A DNA stretch of 64,000 bases, from NCBI GenBank assembly GCA_031368325.1, contig JANMNR010000059.1:761-64760 (forward strand). Direction: 5' to 3'. Position 1 is the stretch's first letter, and every line of letters begins with the position of its first letter. The DNA is from Pirellula sp. GTDB taxonomy: Bacteria > Planctomycetota > Planctomycetia > Pirellulales > Pirellulaceae. Under the pieces are notes generated by a model. It was not told the DNA's origin. It worked only from the letters and a program-made list of their open reading frames with translations, and did no database searches. A program made the position numbers and the translations under genes. Below, piece by piece: positions 22,801 to 34,800 of this stretch.

Positions 22801-25800
22801 GCAACACCTATTATGGCATCCTGGTTGCATCTAGTTCCAACCAGATCGGTGGCTCAACCGCTTCTCAACGCAATGTGGTCTCGGGCACGATTCAAAACAA
22901 TGGCAACGACAACGTTACGGGTGCCGGAATTGCCATTTACGACGCGGGATTCATTACCGTTACCGGCAATGTCGTTCAGGGGAATTACATTGGAACCGAT
23001 GCGACTGGAACGAGTTCCATCGCGAACTTCACCTCGGGAGTCACCGTGCAAACGGCGGTGGCAGGCAACCGCAACACCATCGGAGGAAGTAATCCCGGTG
23101 AAGGCAATGTGATTTCCGGCAACGGCCTGACAGGCGGGCTTGGTGCTGGTATCTATGTCAACAGCATGGCAAGCCCCGGTTTCAGCGAATCCAACATCGT
23201 TGCGATCCTCGGTAATCGCATCGGCACGAATGCGACAGGGTCAGTAGCCCTGCCTAACCGAAGCAGCGGGATTTACTTTTACCAATCACCAGGCAACGTG
23301 GTTGGCGGATCTAGCACTCTCGACAACGGACGGTTGAGCGGAGCTGGTAATTTGATATCCGGCAACTTGGGCAACGGTATTGACGTCATCAACGGCGGCT
23401 CAAACTCCGACGCCACAGTGATCCAAGGTAACTTCATTGGTACCGACTTGACCGGAACACAAGCGATTGGGAATGGAAACATCGGTGTAGCCATCGGTTC
23501 CTCCAATACCATCCTTGGTGGCACCGTCGCAGGTCTGCGCAATCTGATATCTGGAAACAGTCACGGCGTGGGGCTAGGAGTTGGGGGAACGAATAACCAG
23601 GTCATTGGTAACTATATCGGTACCGACGTTTCCGGTCTTGCAGCCATACCCAATAGGTTTTTCGGCGTCTGGATCGGAACCAATGGCAACAGCATTGGTG
23701 GTGCAAGCGTTGCGAGTGGAAACGTCATTGCCAATAATGGGCAAGTTGGATTGAAACTCGAGGGGACAACGGGGAACAACGGAACCTACCTGAACAACGT
23801 CTACTTCGGAAACCAGATCCTTGCAATCGACGCGGGACCAATTGGTCGCTCGCTGAATGACGATCCGGACAGTGACGGTGTGTTGAATTACCCGGTGATC
23901 ACCTCAACCCAAATCGTCGGAAACGATTTGATTGTGGTCGGCACGATGCCGGCCGGCAAGACAGTCGAGCTCTATATCTCGGCTCCAACGTCGAACGGTG
24001 ATGGTCAAGGGCGCACTCGACTGGCCTCGGTCTTGGATGATTCGACGGCTGATGAAAACAATGTTGCTGGGCAATTTCGCATTCGTATTCCCATTGGCAA
24101 TGACGTGAACCATGGAACTCCACTGACGGCTTTAACACTCGGTTCCATATCGGGCGGTTCGACCTCGGAATTCAGCGACATCAAGATCGCGGGCGAAGCG
24201 GGCAGCAGCCTCGCTCCGCAGATTTCGCTTGGGGCCACGACGGTTTCGATTACCAGTGGCAATGCGATCACTGTCGACGGCAGTTTCTATGATCCGGATT
24301 CGGTCAGTTGGGAAGCGACTGTCAACTATGGCGATGGCACCGGAGTTCAGCCGCTCAATTTGAACGCGGACAACACGTTCCGTTTGCAGCACACTTACAT
24401 CGCGACTGGCAGCTACATCGTTACCGTCGTCATCCGAGATGCGAGTTTGGTTTCGTCGACCAAGACGTTGGGAGTGATCGTTCAAAACGAAGCACCGACG
24501 GCGAACTTCAACGAGTTCACGATTACGAGTCCCGCCAATGAAGGACAATTGGTGACTCTCAAAGGTCGTTTTGAGGACACGGCAGGAACGCATACGGCGA
24601 CGATCCAATGGGGCGATGGCTTGACGTCGATTGTCCCGATTACGCCAGGCTCCCGTGAGTTCACGGCGACACACGTTTATGTGGATGACACCAATTTGCA
24701 AGGGACCGCGACCCCATCGGATGTCTACCGTGTCCTGGTCACCATCACCGATGAAACTGGCGCAAACAATACGACACCGGTCGGACTGTTCCTCGAGGAA
24801 ATTCGAAACGCACTCCCATCGGCGTTGAATGTCACGGTTAGCAGCACTAGCATTTCCGAGGGCCTGTCGGTTTCTCTAAGCGGACTGTTTGCGGACCCAG
24901 GGTTGGCCGACGTTCATAAAGTCCGGATCAATTGGGGCGATGGCAACTTCTCGTTGATTACGTTGCCGGTCGGAGATCGCGAATTTACTTTTGGGGATTT
25001 TCCAGAGCTAACTCACGTCTACGTTGACGACCAAAACACGGGAGCCGACGAGTACACCATTACCGTCGAGTTGGCGGATGACGACGAACGGCAGCGCCCT
25101 GCTGTTGTTACGCAAGTCATCAGCGTCGCGAACGCAGTCCCATCGGCGGTCAGTCTCAACCTCGCTCAAACCACGATTCTTGAAAGCGGCCTTGTGTCCC
25201 TTTCGGGGTCATTCGCGGACCTTGGCCAATTCGACACCCACCAAGTCTCTGTCGATTGGGGCGATGGTACGGTTCCGACGGTCTTGAGCTTGGCCGAAGG
25301 GGTCACGTCGTTTGGATCGCTCAGCCATCAATATTTGGACAATCCAAGCGTCGGTGGCAGCTTTAGCATTGTGGTTCGTGTTTCCGACAACGACAGTCCG
25401 TCGTTGTTTGGCTCTGCCACTGCATCGATTTTTGTTCAGAACGTCGCTCCAGTCCTCGCCCCGTTCGTTCTATCGTCCAACGGTAATGCGATCAACGAGG
25501 GGGATGAAGTTACCATATCAGGCAGCTATACGGATGTGTCGTCGTTGGATGTGCACACGGTGCGAGTGAACTGGGGCGACGGCGTTTCGACTTTGGCGAC
25601 CGTAAACCTGATGACACGTACGTTCACTGCGACCCACCGGTATTTGGACAACAACAGCTTCCCACTGTTGGTGTTGCCGACGTTGCCGTTGGCCATCAAC
25701 GGAGTACTTCCCTACTATGGCATTTCGGTCACGCTGGACGATCAAGAGGGTGGCATTGATACTCGGATTGCTCAACAGGCAGTACTCAATGTTGTTCCGA

Positions 25801-28800
25801 CGGTTACGATTGAGTCCGGCACAGGCAATGCCAATCCGAACTTCATCAACCTCGCCGCCGGCGTCAACGATCCAGGCGTTGCAGATACATTTACGCATGC
25901 CGGTGCGTTCCGATGGAGTGCAGAGGTGGTTGGGGTACCAGGCACGTTGCAGGTCGGAAGTGCAGCTACGTTTATGGTGGACCGCACCGGATACGCGGAT
26001 CGACTTTGGCGGGTGTCGCTGAGTGTTGCGGATGATGAGGGTGGCGTTGGTTCGTTTATGACCACGTTGTTGGTGGGTACGAATGGCGATGATGTGGGCG
26101 TGAATCGATTGATCGTTACGGATGCGACGTTCAATCAGTCCGGCACCACCAATCTATTAGCGCTGGCGTTGGACGGTGATGACACGATCGATGCGTCAGG
26201 AGTTACGGATCCCAGTTTGAGTGTAACGCTCGTTGGTGGACAGGGGATCGACAACTTGTTTGGCGGCGCTGGTGACGACGTATACGTCCTGGCACAAGGA
26301 AACGACAATGCCAACGTTCCGAACGATGATGTCATGACGCCAGTGGAATCGGGTAACGATCGCTATCGCTTGCGTCCGAACAGCGAGCTGACGGTGATTG
26401 ACCGATTTGGCAACAACACATTGGACTTTGGATTGGCTGATTTCGGCATTACGTTTGACTTGAGTTTAATTTCGACAACGATGCCTGAAATTCAGGATGT
26501 TTTGCCTGTACCGTTAGTAGCGCCGTTGCATACTGTTAAAACACAAGGGGCCTTCTCCAAACTTGAGGGAAGTTCCCATGGCGACAACTTAACTGGAGCA
26601 TCGAACGCTTCGGTCTTTGGTGGTGCTGGCAATGATAGTTTTACGGCCAAAGCGGGAACGACTGGCGCTTCGTTCAATGGTGGGGCTGATAACGATATCC
26701 TCATGGTGTCTGCAACTGGGATAGCGAACCTGGATTTCAACGGTGATGCCGGGGCCGATACGCTGGTCAATTTGGGAGTCGTCACGGGTCTGACATTCGA
26801 CGGCGGAGCCGATGCTGACATCTTGCAAAACGAAGGTTCGATCTTGGCATCGCTGAATTTTGGTGGCGATGCGGGGGCGGACATGTTACTCAACACAGGC
26901 AGCATCGCCGACTTGACTTTCATCGGCGGGGCGGACAACGACATCTTCGTCAACAATGGTAGCGCGACGACCACACTTGACTTTAACGGCGATGCTGACA
27001 TTCTGCTCTCTGGTTTCGGCTCGATCGGGACATTGAGCTTTGGTGGCGACAGTGGCGCTGACCTCTTTGTCAATTTGGGAACGATCACGGATCTAGCCTT
27101 CAACGGTGGTGCGGACAATGACATATTCGTGAACAATGGATCGGCCGTGAGTTCGCTTGAGTTTGGCGGCGACCTCGATGTGCTTCTATCGGGCGTGGGA
27201 ACAATAATCGGTGAACTCAGTTTTAATGGTGACGCCGGGATCGATACGTTGATCAATCGAGGCTCCATTGGGGAATTGACGTTCGATGGAGGCGCGGACG
27301 CGGACATCTTGCAAAACAGCGGAACGATCGTTCGTGAACTCTCTTTCGAGGGAGACGCGGGGATCGATACGCTCGTCAATCTTGGCTCGGTTGGAGCTTT
27401 GACGTTCGATGGTGGAGCTGATGCCGACGTCCTTCAGAATTTCGGAACGGTAATTGGAAACCTAAGTTTTGAAGGTGACATGGGGGCTGATGTTCTTACG
27501 AATTTAGGCTCCCTGGGCAGCTTGACATTTAGCGGCGGTGCCGACAGCGACGTTTTGCAGAATAACGGGACGGTGCTTGGAGCGTTGGTGTTCGGGGGTG
27601 ACGCGGGTGTCGACACGCTTCTGAATCAAGGGCTGATTGGCGATTTGACTTTCGCCGGTGGAGCCGATGCGGATGTGCTGAGGAATTTCAGTGGTGGTGC
27701 GATCGAAAGTCTTGCCTTTAATGGTGACACGGGTGCCGACTTACTCGTCAATTTGAGCGCGATCACGACGTTGACCTTCTTGGGTGGCGCTGATGCGGAC
27801 ATCTTGCAGAATGTTGGTGACATCGGCCTCCTTAATTTCGGCGGTGACGCAGGCGCGGACTTGTTAGTGAACTCGGGTGCGGTGACAACTTTGACGTTCA
27901 ATGGCGGAGCAGACAGCGACATACTCATCAATAGCGGCACAGTCCTAGCCCAATTGAGTTTCGGTGGTGACGCAGGTCTGGACACGTTAGTGAACAACGG
28001 GATTGTCTTCGGCTTGACGTTTAGCGGTGGTGCCGATGCGGACATTTTGCAGAACACGGGTACGATCCAAAATACGTTGCTGTTCAATGGCGACGCTGGC
28101 GTCGACACGCTCACCAACAGCGGTCAAGTGCTAGCGCTGACGTTCAATGGCGGGGCCGATAGCGATGTCCTCATGAATACGGGAACGGTCCTCGATCTAC
28201 TCACGTTCACTGGCGATTTGGGGGCCGACCTGCTGACCAATTTGGGAACCATCAGTGATTTGACTTTCAACGGTGGTGCGGATGCAGACGTATTGACCAA
28301 CAACGGAACCATTCTTGACGACCTCATGTTTACGGGCGATGTAGGGGCCGACCTGCTCATCAATCGCGGCTCGGTTGGCGATTTGACGTTCAACGGTGGA
28401 GCAGACAATGATGTGCTATTGAACTTGAGCAGTGTAGGAACGCTGACGTTTGACGGTGGAGCCGACAACGACGTGCTGCAGAACAATGGTTCCGATATTA
28501 CGAGTCTGACTTTTATCGGTGGCGCCGACAACGATGTGTTTATCAACAACGGCAGCAGCATCGGCACGCTGACCTTCGACGGTGGGGCCGACAATGATGT
28601 GCTGGTCAGCAACGGATCGCTCATTGGCAATCTGGAATTCACGGGGGATAGTGGTGTTCCAGTGTTGGATCGTAAGAGCAACGACACGTTGATCCTCCGC
28701 GGTTCGGGATCTGGTTCGCCAACGTCGCGAGTTCAATTCCATGGCGGTTACGGCGTGGACGCGTTTGAGAACAACGCAACGGGCTTTGCTTCCATCATTT

Positions 28801-31800
28801 TTAATGGTGGCTTAGACTCGGATGCGTTGCTGAACAATGCATCGGGCCTTGCATCGTTGGATTTCAATGGTGATGCGGGTGCGGATGTTTTCGTGAACCA
28901 CGGTGGGGCAATTGTGTCGCTCGAGTTCGATGGTGGTGCAGACAACGACATCTTGATCAATGACGGCGTCTCGCTGGTCAATCTGACATTCGAGGGTGGT
29001 GCTGATAGCGACACATTGATCAACAGCGGAGAATTGCTACAAACGCTTACTTTTAACGGTGGTGCGGATGCGGACGTTTTGTTGAACTCAGGCGGGCAAC
29101 TGGGAATCCTCCAATTCGATGGCGGTGCGGATGCCGACGTTTTGATCAACGACGGGCCTGTGATTGGCAGACTTGAAATGAATGGCGACGCTGGAAAAGA
29201 TCGATTGTGGAATCGCAAGGGCGGTATCCAAATCGGTTCGATTGTGTTTGTCGGAGATGCAGGCGTTGATACGTTGATCAACGACGCGGCCGGGATTGCC
29301 ACTCTAACGTTTACGGGCGGTGCCGATGCGGACGTCCTGCAGAACAATGGCACGGTCGCGAACCTATCGTTTGATGGTGGAGCCGATGCAGACGTTTTGG
29401 TCAATGCGGGCTTCGCAGGAACACTGACTTTTGATGGAGGGGCGGATGCGGACATCCTTTTGAACCGTGGGCCGCTTGTGGACATCTTGGATTTCTCGGG
29501 CGATGCAGGCGTGGACACTTTGTTCAACTTGGGGGCAGTCACCTCGCTCACGTTTGAGGGTGGTGCCGATGCGGACGTGTTGCAGAACAATGCCAACGTC
29601 GAAACGTTGTCGTTCTTCGGTGATGTCAATCTTTCTAGCGGTCAAGCAAGTTCTGACGATGGCATAGATACGTTGGTCAATAACGGAAGCGTACAAACGC
29701 TTTTGTTTGAGGGGGGCGCCGACAACGATGTCTTCCAAAACAATGCAACCGTCACTTCATTGACGTTCGGCGGTGGGGCTGACAACGATACGCTGGTCAA
29801 CAACGGCAGTGCCATCACGACGCTGAACTTCAACGGGGACGCAGGCATAGACACCCTGATCAATAATGGCAGCGGTATCGCAACTCTCAACTTCGACGGT
29901 GGTGCCGATGCAGATTCGTTGCGCGTCGAGGGACGTCAAATAGGCAACGTCATCTTCAACGGTGGATCGGGTGGCGATTCGTTCGCTTACAATGCTTTTG
30001 GCACCTCGACGTCGAGCATTCGCTTCTACGGCGGAGCAGGTAACGACTTCTTTGCGATGCGTGGTATTGCTTCGACGGTGATCTTTGACGGTGGGATTGA
30101 CGACGACGGGGTGTTGGTCGTCGGCTCGGGCGCCATGACATTGACGGGCGGCGATGGGGACGATTTCTATCGCTTTATGTCGAACCCGCTTGCCGATGTG
30201 ACTTTGACGGATGCGTATTCGGGAACAACTGATGTTTCGAAGGACACGCTGGACTTTAGCAGTTTCACGGGCGGGCCGGCAAATCTCGATCTTCGCCTCG
30301 TCAACGTATTTCAACCGCAAGGAACAGGGCAGCTTCGCGTTAAGCTAGTGGACCCGATGGCGATCGAGAACGTTGTTGGTACACCGTTTGCCGACACGAT
30401 TTACGGCAACGCTCGCAGCAACTACATCGGCGGTGCGGATTTTGATGACGCATTTAGCGGGCCAGTTGCGGCTCCTCGCGGAGTTACGCAGTGGGTCTAT
30501 TTGGACTTCGATTCCAAGACCAACACGGGTGTGGTTGATGCGATAACCGGGCTAGCCGATGCAGGTGAATACGTTTATACGCCAACCGAGCGAGAGTTGA
30601 TTCGCCAACGAGTCGAGTCGATTTATCGCGGTCCGAACTCGGGCGCACCTTGGTTCGATGTTCGAGTTGTGACTGCCATGGTCGACATTCCGTCCACGTT
30701 CCTATCGACCAACAATTTTGTGACCATCTATTTCAACCAAACTCCAGCAACTGGCCGACCCGGTGGGTTGGCGAGTGAAGTAGATCCGGGGAACGTCAAT
30801 TTGGGCGGAAGTGCCGCGGTTCAGATCAACGGTCTACTTGGCGGCGTGATCAACAACAACGATTCGCTCGAGACCATCGAGGGTGACTTCAATGCATATA
30901 AAGGAGACACGGTCGAAGTCAGTCAAGCAGAGGTAGGCGCGACCAAACCGGCTGGAACAAGCTATAACTTTGTCAGACTCTCCTCCAAAGTCGCCGCCCA
31001 CGAACTCGCGCACTTGCTCGGATTACGACACCAAGATAGCTTCGGGCCAATTGGCTTTGGTGTACACGATGTTCCAGGGGGTGGCAGCTACAAGCCGATT
31101 TACACAGGCCCATCGGGCGGTGTTGAGACAATCGATCACTTGATCGGATCTCCCGCTTCGATTGGTTCGACTCGTTTCAATGACTTGAACGACTTGTTCT
31201 TCGGAGAACGCGAAGCCATTAAACTGGCCTTTGCAAACAGCAATCCTTTGCAGACAACAACGACCAACGTTGGAAATAACAACGACTTATTGACGGCAGC
31301 TCCACTGAGTATGGTGACCCTCGCTGTGCCAAACACACTGAGCAGTGGCCAAAATGCAACCAAGGATTTGTACGTCCAGATTAGCTCAGTGATTGGGCAG
31401 ATCAGCCTTGATTTTGGTACGCCGCGGCGAAGCAAGAGCGACTGGTACTCCTTCACCGGCCGCGCTGGCGAACTGATCAACATCGACGTGCTCTCGAACT
31501 CTGTAGGCCGATTCGGGACCGGACTCAACGGAGCCATGACCAGTGACGACTTCATTGATTCGATTGTACGAGTTTATAATTCCAATGGTCAGCTGGTTAA
31601 GTATTACGATGGCCTAGCGGAAAACGACGACGTATTTGAGCCTACCGATTCAAGCCTCATCGATCTACTGCTGCCAGCCGATGGAACGTACTACATCGAG
31701 GTGGATTCATTCCACAAATTCGGTGATCCGTTGGGCAACGCCTCGAATCCACTAAGCCCACTGAATCCTGCCAACCCCAACAACATACTGGCATATCAGG

Positions 31801-34800
31801 AGATCGTGGATCGATTCACGGACACCGTCAACGACACGGACACTGGACGTTATCAATTGGTCGTTTACAAGTTCCGCAAGTCCAGTTCATCGGACATGAG
31901 AGATGATTTGAAGGGATTCGGCGGAACGGATGTTATCAATGGCGGGCCAGGTGATAGTTTTGCCATGGACTATGTTTTAGGTGCAGGTCCAACGATGAAC
32001 GAAGGCAGCACGTTCACTCGCACCGTGACGCTCGATGACCGCGCGGCCTCATCCTGGACTGGCAGCACCGTCGACTACGGAGATGGAACCGGTATTCAGC
32101 CACTCAGTGTATCTTCGAATGGGGAGTTTTTGTTGAGTCATGTTTGGGCGGACGACAACCTCTATACCATCACGGTGAACATAGTTAACGACATAGGGAA
32201 GACACTGACCAAGACTCTGGCAGTCAGTGTCGCCAACGTTGCCCCGACGGCGGCGATCAGCGGCTCGACAGCGATCATCTACGGTGAGGCGGCAACCGTC
32301 AGCCTCAGTGGAGCCTTTGATCCATCGACTGCGGACAGTACAGCCGGATTGCGTTTTGCTTTTGCTTTAAGCGCTGCCGACCTGATTTCGGTGACTTATG
32401 CCAGCGCCGACGCTTCAAGTGATTCCACGCTAACGGGACTGTCAGCCGGGACATACACGGTCTATGCACGGGTGATGGACCAGGATAACGGCTTCACACA
32501 GTACTCGACGACGATCCTTGTGCTGCCGCGACTGCTGGAGATTACGGCGGCCGCAAAGACCAAGATCTACGGGGCGGCGGATCCAGCGTTTACTTACACG
32601 TTTAGCGCGTTGTTCAATGGTGATACGTCAAGTGTGTTTACCGGTTCGCTCAGCCGCTTGGCTGGAGAAAACGTGAACAACTATGACATCAGCCAAGGCA
32701 CGTTGTCGGCTGGTTCGAACTACAACATCGCTTACGCTGGTGCGAACTTGAGCATTACACCGAGAAGTTTGGCTGTGACAGCGGCAGACAGGACCAAGAT
32801 CTACGGGGACTCCGATCCAACGTTGACTTACACGTCTGGTGCGTTGTTCAATGGTGACACTTCAAGCGTTTTAACCGGTTCGCTAAACCGCTTGGGTGGC
32901 GAGACTGTGAACAGCTATGCCATCAGCCAAGGCACGTTGTCGGCTGGTTCGAACTACACCATCGCTTACGCTAGTGCGAACTTGAGCATTACACCACGCA
33001 GTCTGGCGGTGACAGCGGAAGACAGGACCAAGATCTATGGCAATGCCGATCCAACGTTGACTTACACGTCTGGTGCGTTGTTCAATGGTGACACTTCAAG
33101 CGTCTTTACCGGTTCGCTAAGCCGCGTGGCTGGCGAAAATGTGAACAGCTATGCCATCAGTCAAGGTACGGTGTCGGCCGGTTTGAACTACACCATCGCT
33201 TACGCTGGTGCGAACATGAGCATTACACCACGCAGTCTAGCGGTGACAGCGGCAGACAGGACCAAGATCTACGGGGACTCCGATCCAGCGTTGACTTACA
33301 CGTTTGGCGCGTTGTTCAATAATGACTCGTCAAGCGTGTTTACCGGTTCGCTAAGCCGCTTGGATGGCGAAAACGTGACCAGCTATGCCATCAACCAAGG
33401 AAGCTTGAGCGCTGGTAGCAACTACGCGATTAGCTATGTCCCGGCCGCTTTAACCATCTCGGCGGCACCGCTGACTATCGCGGCAGATGCCAAGACAAAG
33501 AATTTTGGGCAAGCCGATCCCACCTTCACTTACCAGGTTAGCGGCTTAAAGTTCGGCGAAACGCCGGCGACCGTTGTCACTGGCTCATTAACTCGTCAGC
33601 CTGGCGAAACTGCCGGAGATTACAGTATTCTGCAAGGTTCACTGGCCGTTGGTAGCAACTACTCGCTAGCCTACATTGGAAACACCTTGACGATTATCGG
33701 GTCGATCAATAATCCACCCTCTGTTTCGATCAGTACACCCGTCGATGGGTTCATGAATGTTGCGTCGACCTTCACCTTCACGGCCACTGACCCCGATGCA
33801 GCGGATCAGACAGGGGTCTATACCTACACGATCCACTGGGGTAACGGAATCTCTACAACGGTGACAGGTTCAACGACGCGGAGTATCACGTACACCTATC
33901 CAGGCGTGGCAGCCGATGGCAGCTTCGTGATCACCGCCACAGTAACCGATCCTCGTGGTGCTGTAAGTGTGGCGACCACAAGCGCCTTCGTCGTTGGCGG
34001 TTGGACGTTGATGGCCGATCCGCTTCGTCCCTCGGATGCCATTTTGGTCCTTGTCGGTTCACAAGGACCAGACACGATCAAAGTGAAGACCAAGGACGAC
34101 GACTACTATAAGGTTACGATCCGAGATCGCGACGACGACATTCGGCGTCGGGGAACTGTTTACGGCGATGTCCGGCGCATTCTTGTTTTTGCACATGGAG
34201 GCAACGACCGAGTGACGATCGATGATGATGTCGAGTTCACAACCGAGATATGGGGCGGGGCTGGCAACGACGAAATCAAGGGTGGAAGCGGCAACGACAT
34301 CCTGATGGGAGAAGCTGGTGATGACAATCTCTGGGGTGGGGATGGACGAGACATCGTGATTGGTGGAACAGGCGCCGATCGAATTCATGGAGATGCCCAC
34401 GACGACATCCTCATTGCAGGCTTTACGGCCTTCGAATCCGAGTTCAATCAATGGGCACCGAGCGCATTCTTGCCAGCGACCCGTTTGACATTGAATCAAC
34501 AACGCGCGGCGTTGGAATCCATCATGGCTGAATGGGCCAGTCCGCGGTCGTACACAGATCGCAGAAACAATATTCGCGGAGCCGGAACAGGGACTCGCCT
34601 GAACGGAAACAACTTCTTTAGGGTGAGCGATACTGTGATGACCAACAATACGGTGTTTGACGACGCTTCCGTCGATCAATTGTGGGGAGACAACGGCACG
34701 GACTGGTTCTTTGCCAATTTGAATAGCGACCCCGGTAGCGTCCTGGACCAGATCAAGGATCGTTCGGGCAACGAATCACAGGAAGATATTGACCGCTGGT

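Noticed and set aside
26619-33698. Periodic DNA (60-63 bp and 234 bp) as a possible CRISPR array
   Set aside because: The repeats are in-frame coding units without identical direct repeats and unique spacers, and no cas genes are present.
5148-34679. Many antisense and off-frame ORFs inside the giant gene (e.g. 8345-9256, 17610-18488, 26492-27379, 28748-29629)
   Set aside because: They are shadow ORFs caused by repetitive Gly/Thr/Asn/Asp codons. Their translations mirror the sense repeats (SAPPLN, PVPL) and have no family motifs.
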